From Candidatus Kapaibacterium sp. (GTDB lineage: Bacteria > Bacteroidota > Ignavibacteria > Kapaibacteriales > UBA2268), in contig OY761611.1 in NCBI GenBank assembly GCA_963664875.1, positions 2,592,001-2,656,000 on the forward strand: DNA of 64,000 bases. Direction: 5' to 3'. The position numbers and the translations under genes are program-made. The first letter of the stretch is position 1, and the number at the start of each line of letters is the position of its first letter. This document shows, one piece after another, positions 38,863 through 48,994 of this stretch. The notes beneath the pieces are model-generated. The model searched no databases. It saw only the letters and a list, made by a program, of their open reading frames with translations, and was not told the DNA's origin.

Positions 38863-41175
38863 TTACTCCTCATTCGCCAATACCAACTGCTTATATACCA
38901 CTTTACCATTGTCAAACTCAACCCTTAGGCAATAGTTTTCGCTTTCGAGAGTTGATAAATCATAAGTATTATTAGAAACGAGCTTTAGTTCTTGTTTAAG
39001 TTCGCTTGCTTCCACGTTTTTGATTCTGCTGGAAGTAACTATTTGAACTGACTTTTTGTCGTTGCTTAGATTAAATTCTAAATCGATGTCTTCTTCATTC
39101 CATGCTTTGCCGGAGTCTTCCATTGTTTCTTTGGAGATATAAGCTCCGTTTGTGGTATAGACATAAGCGTAGCCATCCGGATCGAATTCAAAATCTATTA
39201 CCTTTGCTTTGGATGTCCCTTCTAAGATGTTTTCCCAGTAGTTGCCGTCGTGAGAGCGAAGGAGGGCGTATTTGTTTTTTAGATATATTTCCTTATCATA
39301 TATTTTGAAATCATAGTTTCTTTGAGGAGTAGCGAGGAATTTTGTCCATGTATCGCCTTTATCTCTTGTGATTTCAACACCGGGCTGGTGGGTGAGTATA
39401 ATAACATCATCTTCAAACTTGATTTTAGGAAATATGTTGTAAGAGCAGACTACTTCTTTATCCAATTTGTCAAATTCATCATCATCAATATCACCAATTA
39501 AAATATCAAGTGTGTCTATCCATTCCTCTTCGCTGTTCCATTTTATATATGATTTTAAGTAATCTCGATAGTTAATTGCAACAAACTCACCATCAGCATT
39601 GTTTTCAAAACTGAAGAACATCGTGTCAATTTCTCCAATATTTTTCTGATTTTCATACAAACGTATTACTCTTTTCCCAAAACCTCTCATTCCTAAATCC
39701 ATTCCTAAATCAAGATTTTCAATTAAGCAGATTTTATTCCCAATCTGCGAATCAATAAACGTAATATAGTAATCTGTTAGAAATCTGTTTCTAAATGCGA
39801 TGTTTTTACACAATGTATCTTTAAGCGACTTACTAATATCTTTAACAGAATCGTAGTAATATAAATTCCCGTCTTCTACACCATAAACTGATTTCTCAAA
39901 AGTTGGAAGTGCATCGTGAAGATATGATACTTTTTTCCAACCATCCGGTTGCTGATTTATCCAGACAGGGTATTCCGTATTCAAAAGAACACAAATCTCG
40001 CTATCTTCATATTTACGGTATTTTTTTATAGTGGAAATTAGGTTTGTGTTGAATGATAAATCAGTGTGATTTTTAGATTCTTTATTATATAGTTTATACT
40101 CTGCTCCACCTATGCCATATAGTTTTCTGAAGATATTTTCTCCGTCATATTTCGAAATTTCAATCTGATCTACATAAGGTTCATGTCTTTGTAGTAACTG
40201 ATTATACAGAATCCATGAGTTCCCGAAGTCATAACTTAGGAAAGCTACTTCCTTTGTATCTGAAATGTGTCGCGAACCATTGATATATAGCGTAATGTAG
40301 TATATGAGTGCCCCATTGTTTTGAATAATTGTACTATGCTTTCTTTCCCATTCGTCTTGTGGAAATTTTAATCTGTTTGTATCTATAGTTGCATATACCA
40401 AGGAGTCTAAATTTAACAACTCGTTCCACGATTTGTTATCGATATCATATTTATACAAAATAGGACTTGAGAAATCTTGCGAGATGATATCATCATTTTT
40501 AAAGTAATATTGAGGAAATTGCTGACCATCAGGTGGTTCAAATTGTATATCAGTAATAGTGTCTAAAACAGGATCATAATAAACATACCTGTCATTAGAA
40601 TCTGAATCTTGCCCTGTGATAAGAAATTGCTTTTTGTCAGGCATAAATTCAAAATAACTCACTTTGAGCCATTTATTAGATTCAATAGTTACAAGATGCC
40701 AGTTTTCTCCTCGATTAGTAGATTTGAATAACAAAGAATCATTTTCTAAAACTCTTCCGTATATATATAGTACATTTCCAACTTCTGCAAATTTTGTTGA
40801 GTTGTGCCACATATTTTGCTTCAAGTTTGAGATATTCCATAACTCTCCATCATTATCAGAATAAATAAGACCAACGCCTTCAATTGCTGCTACCAAAGAG
40901 CCATTTTCTGATTTGAACAGGTTTAAAACACTAAACCCTTCATCTGCCAGATCATACTCTCTATCTCCATCCACTACTTTATTTATTTTCTTAAAAGTCT
41001 TGCCGCCATCAGTTGACTTCGCAATTCCATAATGTCCTATGTAAATAGTATCACCAGACTGGAGAACTGATGCGGGATCAGTTTTTAAATCGCACTTAAT
41101 CTCTTCCCATTCAACAGCTGCGGAACTTGAAAAAAGTAAGCTAAGGATAGATATTATCAATAGTAAGTGTTTCAT
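38863..41175 (-). CDS. Secreted BNR/Asp-box beta-propeller protein with degenerate T9SS-CTD-like tail (copy A)
   Basis: S-D-G-T/W Asp-boxes (STDGGKTF, SDNDGELW, STNRGENW, SHDGNYW). Signal peptide starts at MKHLLL. Confidence 0.78.
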   Translation of the reverse strand: MKHLLLIISILSLLFSSSAAVEWEEIKCDLKTDPASVLQSGDTIYIGHYGIAKSTDGGKTFKKINKVVDGDREYDLADEGFSVLNLFKSENGSLVAAIEGVGLIYSDNDGELWNISNLKQNMWHNSTKFAEVGNVLYIYGRVLENDSLLFKSTNRGENWHLVTIESNKWLKVSYFEFMPDKKQFLITGQDSDSNDRYVYYDPVLDTITDIQFEPPDGQQFPQYYFKNDDIISQDFSSPILYKYDIDNKSWNELLNLDSLVYATIDTNRLKFPQDEWERKHSTIIQNNGALIYYITLYINGSRHISDTKEVAFLSYDFGNSWILYNQLLQRHEPYVDQIEISKYDGENIFRKLYGIGGAEYKLYNKESKNHTDLSFNTNLISTIKKYRKYEDSEICVLLNTEYPVWINQQPDGWKKVSYLHDALPTFEKSVYGVEDGNLYYYDSVKDISKSLKDTLCKNIAFRNRFLTDYYITFIDSQIGNKICLIENLDLGMDLGMRGFGKRVIRLYENQKNIGEIDTMFFSFENNADGEFVAINYRDYLKSYIKWNSEEEWIDTLDILIGDIDDDEFDKLDKEVVCSYNIFPKIKFEDDVIILTHQPGVEITRDKGDTWTKFLATPQRNYDFKIYDKEIYLKNKYALLRSHDGNYWENILEGTSKAKVIDFEFDPDGYAYVYTTNGAYISKETMEDSGKAWNEEDIDLEFNLSNDKKSVQIVTSSRIKNVEASELKQELKLVSNNTYDLSTLESENYCLRVEFDNGKVVYKQLVLANEE

Positions 41176-41209
41176 AATATATCTCAAGCAAAAATTTTGG
41201 GCTGATTAA

Positions 41210-44074
41210 TTACTCATCTACAGTCAAATCAATTTCTCTAAGAACCTGGCCTTCTTTTTTATCTTTAAATTCTATTTCTAATAAATGATTGGTTTTAGGC
41301 AGCCCTGATAGATCATATGTAGTGTCATTTATTTTATTTATATCTTTATAGTATCCAATTGCATCTATTCTTCTAATCTGTTTAGAGCTTTGAACATATA
41401 AAGTATTTTTGTCTTCGCTTAACACAAATTTGCTGATTAAGTCTTTTGGTTCTTGCCTGGTTAGCTCTCTTAATACAATGTTCCTATCTTTAAATTCTAT
41501 TTTTAAAGTGTGCTTTTTATAGTCAAGTTTGGAAATATCAAACGTACTATCAGAAGTCTTTTTTAAACGGGTGTCGCTTTCAGAAGCTTCGACTTCATCT
41601 ATCTCTTTTGAACATTCTATTTTTATACTTTTGTTGTCCTCGTTGACTATAAGATTTAGAGCCAAATCTGCGGGTTCCTCTTTAACAAACTCGCGGTAGA
41701 TTACTTCTTCGTCTTCGAATTCAATTTTTAAGAAATCACGGGTACACGGCAGCCTTGAGATATCATAAGAATCATCACTTAATTGTTTTAATCTTTTATC
41801 AGCTTCGACAGCTTCTATTCGGGAGATTTTTTTAGGACTTATAATTTTTATTATTTGTTTTTCCTGGTCAACATCAAGAGTAACTTTAGTACTGACAAAA
41901 GGCTCTACCATGAGAAGCTGCTTATAAACCACCTTCCTATCTTCAAACTCAACTCTAATGAAGTAATTCGCTGTGTCGAGATTTGAAATATCATAAGTAT
42001 AGTCAGAGATGTGTTTAAGCTCTCTACCCAAATCACTAATCGTCACACTTTTGATTTTGTCTTTGCTTGTAATTTTAACTGAATTTTTATCTAAAGATAA
42101 CTTAAACTGCAGATCAATATCTGCATCATTCCAAGCTTTGCCGAATTTATCAATTGACTCTTTGGAGATATAAGCTCCGTTTGTTGTATATGCATAAGCG
42201 TAGCCATCAGGAACAAAGTTTAAACCTATAATTCTCGCTTGGGATGTCCCTTCCAGTAAATTTTCCCAGTATTTGCCATCGATAGAGCGAAGTAAGGCGT
42301 ACCTGGTAAAATGATAATATTCCTTATTATATATTTTAATATTCATTTCTTTTGTTGGAGCAATTATTTTGTCCCATGTTTTACCGGTGTCTTGACTGAT
42401 TTTGATGCCATTTATATCAGAAATGGCTATGTAGGGATAATCAATATCAGAAGAGAATAAATAATTTGCATTTATACTTGATATCCTATGTTTATCTTTC
42501 TTATAATTGCCGTATTTAACGTGATAATCATCCCAACTATTACTACACAGTGCTAGGTAATCTCCATTTTCTTTATCTCTTATCTCAACTATATTATTTA
42601 GTATATGATTTATTATCTTATTTTTTATAAATAAAATCTGATATTTCCTGCGAGACAACACTGAGTTCTGCCATGAAATTTGAATTTGATTATCTCTGTG
42701 TTTGATATGATCTCTATCGTCCAAGTATTTCAAATAATGTAAGGTGTTTTCAGGAAAACAAGAAAACACATCTTCATTTTTAGAATTGATATTTTCAGCA
42801 AACGACTCTACGTAATATAGAGAATCGTTGCGAATAATATATGCAGTACCATCATTATTTAAATAGTATATATCATTCATATTACGATTGTAGTATCCAT
42901 CTCCATTAGCCATATTTATTGTTTTCCACTGACCATCCTCTTTTTTATATAGGTGATTATAGCTATATAAGATTTCAGAGTCGCCGATTTTTTTATAATC
43001 ATTAATAACAAGCGGAAATTCATTTTCTCCGATTTTTTGTTCTTTAACTAAATAATTCAGAAGATTACTTGAATCAGGTTCGTCAGAATATTTTGGATTT
43101 TGTTGATCCCATAAATCCCAGGATTTACCTTTGTCATCGGAAACAAAAGTAACATCAATATATTCATAGTATATCGTAGCTGTATTGACTAAGTTTAAAG
43201 TAAGCTTAGAGGTATGATTATTTAGCATGGTCACGCAATAATGCTTTTGCAATATCAAGCAGTCTAAAGAATCATTTTTACCCAAGATGCTTTGCCATTT
43301 TTGCCAATCTTTTCCTTTATTATTAGAAACATAAATCATCTTATCTGAATTCGAAAATGAAAAGATTTCATTCCCGATAAATATATAATTGCTTAACTTC
43401 GCATTCACAGAATATTGTGATTCATAGGACATAGAAGTGGGATCAAAAAAGGATAGAGTTTTTATAGAATCTTTGTCTTTACCATAAATAGCAAGCGTAT
43501 TGTCATATTTAAAAAGATGTATATTAGATATAGACTCCCATGAATTTTCATCATAGTCTATAGATTCCCATGTTTTTCCCTGATCTTCAGATTTATAAAT
43601 CGCAAATTTTTGATTATCATAAAAATTCGTCAGAGAATATTTAAAAGAACCCAAAAAAAACAGATTACTATCTTTTTCGAAGAATTGAAAACCATCAATC
43701 AGTAAGTTTATGGGCATAAAAGGTTTGGACAAATGCCAAATACTGTCATTTTCTTCCAAATAAAGTATCCCATAATTCCTAACAAAGGCAAGCACTGTGC
43801 CTTCTTCTGTTATATAAAAGGAGTACACCGGCAAGCCAATATCTTGTAAATCACGAACTTTATCTCCTTCTAATACCTTATTAAGATGCTTAAAAGTCTT
43901 ACCGCCATCAGTTGATTTTGCAATTACATAATGTCCAATGTAAATAGTATCTCCGGTTCTGAATATTGCACTTGGGGTTGATTTCACATCACATTTTATC
44001 TCTTCCCATTCCATGGCGTAGGAGGTAGAAAATACAGAAAGCAGTAAAATGAATATCAAAGTTAGGTTTTTCAT
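41210..44074 (-). CDS. Secreted BNR/Asp-box protein with four tandem CTD-like repeats (copy B)
   Basis: Start at MKNLTL (44074); Asp-boxes; four ~75-aa repeats ending (Y/F)D(I/L)S.L......(V/I)EF.D. Confidence 0.78.
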   Translation of the reverse strand: MKNLTLIFILLLSVFSTSYAMEWEEIKCDVKSTPSAIFRTGDTIYIGHYVIAKSTDGGKTFKHLNKVLEGDKVRDLQDIGLPVYSFYITEEGTVLAFVRNYGILYLEENDSIWHLSKPFMPINLLIDGFQFFEKDSNLFFLGSFKYSLTNFYDNQKFAIYKSEDQGKTWESIDYDENSWESISNIHLFKYDNTLAIYGKDKDSIKTLSFFDPTSMSYESQYSVNAKLSNYIFIGNEIFSFSNSDKMIYVSNNKGKDWQKWQSILGKNDSLDCLILQKHYCVTMLNNHTSKLTLNLVNTATIYYEYIDVTFVSDDKGKSWDLWDQQNPKYSDEPDSSNLLNYLVKEQKIGENEFPLVINDYKKIGDSEILYSYNHLYKKEDGQWKTINMANGDGYYNRNMNDIYYLNNDGTAYIIRNDSLYYVESFAENINSKNEDVFSCFPENTLHYLKYLDDRDHIKHRDNQIQISWQNSVLSRRKYQILFIKNKIINHILNNIVEIRDKENGDYLALCSNSWDDYHVKYGNYKKDKHRISSINANYLFSSDIDYPYIAISDINGIKISQDTGKTWDKIIAPTKEMNIKIYNKEYYHFTRYALLRSIDGKYWENLLEGTSQARIIGLNFVPDGYAYAYTTNGAYISKESIDKFGKAWNDADIDLQFKLSLDKNSVKITSKDKIKSVTISDLGRELKHISDYTYDISNLDTANYFIRVEFEDRKVVYKQLLMVEPFVSTKVTLDVDQEKQIIKIISPKKISRIEAVEADKRLKQLSDDSYDISRLPCTRDFLKIEFEDEEVIYREFVKEEPADLALNLIVNEDNKSIKIECSKEIDEVEASESDTRLKKTSDSTFDISKLDYKKHTLKIEFKDRNIVLRELTRQEPKDLISKFVLSEDKNTLYVQSSKQIRRIDAIGYYKDINKINDTTYDLSGLPKTNHLLEIEFKDKKEGQVLREIDLTVDE

Positions 44075-44078
44075 GATC

Positions 44079-46391
44079 TTATTCCTTTTCTTCCAAAGCC
44101 AACTGCTTATAAACCACTTTCCCATCTTCAAACTCAACCCTTAGGAAAAAGTTTTCGCTTTCGAGAGTGGATATGTCATAAGCATAATTCGCAATGAGCT
44201 TCAGCTCTTGTTTAAGTTCGCTTGCTTCCACGGTTTTGATTCTGTTGGAAGTAACTATTTGAACTGACTTTTTGTCGTTGCTTAGATTAAATTCTAAATC
44301 AATCTCGTCTTCTTCCCATGCTTTGTGGCTGTTGTCCATTGTTTCTATAGAAATAAAAGCTCCGTTTGTGGTATAGACATAAGCATGGCCATTAGGATCG
44401 AATTCAAAATCTATTACCTTTGCTTTGGATGTCCCTTCTAAGATGTTTTCCCAGTAGTTGCCGTCGTGAGAGCGAAGGAGAAGTTTATTTGTTTTTAGGT
44501 AAATCAAGTCATTTTTAAGTTTAATTGGAGTTTTATGAATATCTTGCACTCCGGCAAATATAGAATGTGGTAATTTGCAAACATTATCCCACGAATTGCC
44601 AAAGTTTCTTGTAACATCTAAACCTCCATAATGTAAAATAATGAAAGATTGATCTTCCCAATCCAGTTTCAGATAACTAAGTATAGATTTTACTTTGGTA
44701 TTAATTTCTTTTATTACACCCTCTTTATTGCCGATTTTTATTTTATAAGTGGTAGAAGCAATACTATCTTTTTGAGATTCAGACATCCTTTGCCAATTAG
44801 GTGATTTTATAGCACAATATGTATAGTCAGAATTAATCATACCAATATTGTCAGCTCTATCCAGCTTTATAATTTGCTGGCCTCTATCATAGATATAATT
44901 CCCTGTGGAGTCAAAAGGCCATATCCACTTTTTATATACACAAACCATATTACCAAACTTTCCAGATACAAAATCTGTATAATGCTTAGTTATAGTATGA
45001 TTATTAAGGATGTGAAATTGTGTCAGGGTATCTTTCGGAATAGTAGTTAATTCATTCCAATTTGGATAATAGCACAAAATACTATTAGTTAGACCATAAG
45101 CTGAACCGTCAAAATTCAGCCATGCATAATCTATAGTTGAGATATGTTTCCAGCTACCATTTTCATATATCCATATAGGTTTAGATTTGTCATAAAACAA
45201 GCATATTCTTTGACTATCTCGTTTTCTGTAGCTTGCTATTGGGGAAACCTGAGCGGCAAAACTATTGACTTCTTCAACCTCTTGTTTTTCTAAATTATAA
45301 ATACGGTTTCTAGTATTTTTTTCAAAGTAGTATCTACTATTTTGCAAATCAATAGTATCATATTTGTTATTCTGGTTTTTAAATACTAAGCAATCAAACA
45401 TCCCTCTAATTGGCATTTCGAACTTTTGCCATGTCTTACAATTATCAGAGCTGAATAAATAATATGTTTTATATTTTGTTGTAAAAGTTACTCTTATATC
45501 AGTTTCAAAAAGCCAAGAATCACCATAATGCACTAAGTTGTAATAATAAGGATTCATCTCATCAGGAATATTCAGGTCACTGGCCACTTCACCTATGTTT
45601 GCAATAACTTCCCATTTTTGACTTTCCAAATCATATTTCGCAAGTTTAGAATCTGGTCCTGAATTGTTAATACAGTATAAATCATCCTTATATATTATAT
45701 ATTCAGAGGCATATTCTTTATTATACTCGTTATCAAATTTATCTATTTTTCTTTCGCTAATGCTCTCAGTTAAAGGATTGTAAAAGACAAACTTATCTAT
45801 ATATTCGCCTGAACTAATTTCGAAAAGAAACTCTTGTCTTTCTTTTATATATCTCACTGAAGTTATAGAATTGGTGTCTTTTGAATTCCAAACAACACGC
45901 CCCCATCTCTTCCCATCATCAGTAGATTTATGAAGTTGAAAATATCTCCCAAAAGCTATTTTGTCATATTCATAACTGATCTTAAATCTCAAAAAATCAG
46001 AGTTTAAATCAGATAACGTAAATCCTTCCGGTATTGTATGCATAGTTGGAGACCAAGTTTCTCCGGCATCTTTTGTTATTAACATTCCTAAACTATCAAC
46101 CGATGCCAGCAAATATCCTTCATCGTTCATTTCAAAGCTTTTTACTTTGTACCCTTCATCCGCCAAATCAAACTCTCTATCTCCATCCACTACTTTATTG
46201 ATTTTCTTAAAAGTCTTACCGCCGTCAGTTGATTTTGCAATGCCATAATGACCTATGTAAATAGTATCACCGGATCTGAATATAGCACTAGGGGTTGATT
46301 TTACATCACACTTTATCTCTTCCCATTCCATGGCGTAGGAGGTAGAAAAAATGAAAGTTAGTACTGCAAGTATTAAAGTTAGGTTTTTCAT
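44079..46391 (-). CDS. Secreted BNR/Asp-box protein with degenerate CTD-like tail (copy C)
   Basis: N-terminus shared with copy B and A; C-terminus nearly identical to copy A. Confidence 0.78.
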   Translation of the reverse strand: MKNLTLILAVLTFIFSTSYAMEWEEIKCDVKSTPSAIFRSGDTIYIGHYGIAKSTDGGKTFKKINKVVDGDREFDLADEGYKVKSFEMNDEGYLLASVDSLGMLITKDAGETWSPTMHTIPEGFTLSDLNSDFLRFKISYEYDKIAFGRYFQLHKSTDDGKRWGRVVWNSKDTNSITSVRYIKERQEFLFEISSGEYIDKFVFYNPLTESISERKIDKFDNEYNKEYASEYIIYKDDLYCINNSGPDSKLAKYDLESQKWEVIANIGEVASDLNIPDEMNPYYYNLVHYGDSWLFETDIRVTFTTKYKTYYLFSSDNCKTWQKFEMPIRGMFDCLVFKNQNNKYDTIDLQNSRYYFEKNTRNRIYNLEKQEVEEVNSFAAQVSPIASYRKRDSQRICLFYDKSKPIWIYENGSWKHISTIDYAWLNFDGSAYGLTNSILCYYPNWNELTTIPKDTLTQFHILNNHTITKHYTDFVSGKFGNMVCVYKKWIWPFDSTGNYIYDRGQQIIKLDRADNIGMINSDYTYCAIKSPNWQRMSESQKDSIASTTYKIKIGNKEGVIKEINTKVKSILSYLKLDWEDQSFIILHYGGLDVTRNFGNSWDNVCKLPHSIFAGVQDIHKTPIKLKNDLIYLKTNKLLLRSHDGNYWENILEGTSKAKVIDFEFDPNGHAYVYTTNGAFISIETMDNSHKAWEEDEIDLEFNLSNDKKSVQIVTSNRIKTVEASELKQELKLIANYAYDISTLESENFFLRVEFEDGKVVYKQLALEEKE

Positions 46392-46695
46392 AAGATTTCG
46401 AGATTGAGTGAGTAATACAGATATAACACACAGAATGCAGAAAAGGTTACAGCGATGTTAAATATCTTTTATTGAATAATGCTAAATGTAAAAAATCTAT
46501 ATCATAAAATACGATAAGCACTCGAATATTTGGGTGAAGAATAGAAATTTTATTTATCTGCTAAAAAAATTTTCTTTATATTTAGTAGTCTATAATCTAT
46601 CCTCATTGATTTGCACCTTATTATTTGCAATACTTTTGCAAAAGCTCTATCTTGTAAATAATGGTTTATTTGTATTAATATTATAAGAGAGTACG

Positions 46696-48696
46696 ATGAA
46701 AAAATTCAACGCACTATTTCTCTTTTTTGCTCTTTCTTTAGCATTTGCTATATCCTGTCAGCCTACTGAAAAAAAAGACGAAACAGAAAAAACTGCTGCT
46801 TCGACTTACGAAGGCAGAAGACAGGAAGGCCAGCTTGTAATCGAAGATATTCCGGAAATACCTCAGGAGATAGCGGATAAATATCTTCAGTATTCTAATA
46901 TCAGAGGTGCATCTTTTGCCGGATGGAACATCTTTGGTGATGGTGTTTTTATCAAAACACGCTTTGCAGAAACAAGTCAGGTACACCATGTAGGTATGGC
47001 AGGTGGTGCACGTAAACAGCTTACTTTCTTTTCTGAGCCGGTTGGTGGAGTTTCTGTCTGCCCTGATAAATCGAAAGGGATGTTCCTGTTTACAAAAGAT
47101 ATAGGTGGCAACGAAGCTTATCAGATTTACCAATATAACATGAACGATGGTTCCTCCAAGCTGCTTACCGATGGGGTATCTCGCCATGGAGGTGCTATAT
47201 GGAATCATAATGGTTCTCAGTTTGTTTATACTTCTAATAAACGCAATGGGAAAGATATGGATATCTATGTAGCAGATATCAATAACCCTGCGGAAGCTCA
47301 ACTTGTTTTTGAAGCAGAAGGGCATTGGGGGCCAATTGATTGGTCTATGGATAATACCAAGTTGCTTATCTATAATTACAAATCAATCAATGACAACACT
47401 GTACATTTGTTAGATGTAGCTACTAAAAAGACTACACCACTTCTCACAGCAAACGAAGAATTTGCTATGGGCGGTGGAGTTGCTGCTTTCTCTAGAGACG
47501 GAAAGGGCGTTTATTATCTCTCAGACCTTGGCAATGAATTTCTAAAACTTTATTTTTACGACTTTAACACAAAGGCTTCAACTCCTATAGCCCATGAAAT
47601 AGCTTGGGATATTGAAAGTATTGTGCCATCACCAGACGGAATGCTTGTAGCTCTGTCAGTAAACGAAGACGGTATGTCAAAGTTCTATATGTTAGATACT
47701 AAAACGAATAAACTTTTTGTTCCAAAATCAATACCGACGGGAACAGTAGAGGGATATGACTTTTCGGAAGACAGCAAAAAACTTGCTATGACTATCAGCA
47801 CAAAAGACTCTCCCGGTGATGTTTATATAATGGATTTGGCTGCAGATAAAACGACCCGATGGACATCGAGCGAAATTGGCGGTTTGAATACCGATGAGTT
47901 TATCGAACCTGAGCTTATACATTATCCTACTTTTGACGAAGTCGATGGCAAACCTCGAATGATACCAGCTTATTATTATAAACCTAAAGGAGAAGGTCCA
48001 TTCCCTGTGGTTGTTACCTTCCACGGCGGCCCTGAAGCACAGTTCCGTCCCGGCTTTGCTTCTACATACCAGTTTTGGTTAAATGAGCTTGGTATAGCAG
48101 TGATTGCTCCAAATGTAAGAGGTAGCTCCGGCTATGGGAAAACTTATTTGAAATTAGACAACGGCTTCGATAGAGAGAACTCTGTGAAAGACGGTGGTGC
48201 ATTGCTTGACTGGATAGCACAGCAACCGGAACTAAATCCTCAGAAAATTTGTGTTTTTGGTGGTTCTTATGGTGGCTATATGTCTCTTGCCATGATGACT
48301 AATTACAATGACAGATTAGCCGCAGGTGTGGATATTGTGGGCATATCTAACTTTGTTACTTTCCTCAAAAATACTAAAGACTACCGCCGAGATCTTCGCA
48401 GAGCTGAGTACGGAGATGAAAGAGACGAAAAGATGCGTGAGTTTCAGGAAAAAATTGCTCCTTTGAACAATGCTCATAAAATCACAAAACCTATGTTTAT
48501 CATTCAAGGTTACAATGACCCACGAGTTCCTGCTTCTGAAGCAGAGCAAATGGTTACAAAAATCAGAGAAAACAAAGGCGACGTTTGGTATCTGCTTGCA
48601 ATGGACGAAGGCCACGGATTTAGCAAAAAAGGTAACAGAGACTACTATTCCAAATCAGTTGCTCTATTCCTAAAAACAATGCTAAAAGACAAGTAA
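46696..48696 (+). CDS. S9-family (prolyl oligopeptidase/acylaminoacyl) peptidase, lipoprotein
   Basis: AISC lipobox, HGGPE, PNVRGSSGYG, GGSYGG, NDPRVP, DEGHGF. Confidence 0.93.
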   Translation: MKKFNALFLFFALSLAFAISCQPTEKKDETEKTAASTYEGRRQEGQLVIEDIPEIPQEIADKYLQYSNIRGASFAGWNIFGDGVFIKTRFAETSQVHHVGMAGGARKQLTFFSEPVGGVSVCPDKSKGMFLFTKDIGGNEAYQIYQYNMNDGSSKLLTDGVSRHGGAIWNHNGSQFVYTSNKRNGKDMDIYVADINNPAEAQLVFEAEGHWGPIDWSMDNTKLLIYNYKSINDNTVHLLDVATKKTTPLLTANEEFAMGGGVAAFSRDGKGVYYLSDLGNEFLKLYFYDFNTKASTPIAHEIAWDIESIVPSPDGMLVALSVNEDGMSKFYMLDTKTNKLFVPKSIPTGTVEGYDFSEDSKKLAMTISTKDSPGDVYIMDLAADKTTRWTSSEIGGLNTDEFIEPELIHYPTFDEVDGKPRMIPAYYYKPKGEGPFPVVVTFHGGPEAQFRPGFASTYQFWLNELGIAVIAPNVRGSSGYGKTYLKLDNGFDRENSVKDGGALLDWIAQQPELNPQKICVFGGSYGGYMSLAMMTNYNDRLAAGVDIVGISNFVTFLKNTKDYRRDLRRAEYGDERDEKMREFQEKIAPLNNAHKITKPMFIIQGYNDPRVPASEAEQMVTKIRENKGDVWYLLAMDEGHGFSKKGNRDYYSKSVALFLKTMLKDK

Positions 48697-48994
48697 AAAA
48701 ATCGCAGAGATTATATAAATTATTTTTGAATCAGGGAAGTCTTCAACGGCTTCCTTTTTTTTTGTGCACAGAAGAAACAGGGATAAGTGTTTCCAATTTT
48801 CTAATAGCAATGTTCTTAGATTGTTAGTTCTTGATTTATAAAAATGATTGATAATTCCCAATCTTAGTCGGCTTTCTTAATTCAGATATAACTGATTTTT
48901 GACATAATATTTATGATTTCCTTGCAGAAATAATAATATATATCTATATTGCAAGATTGCTAATAATTCTTCAGGAAAAATAAAGAGGGTACTT

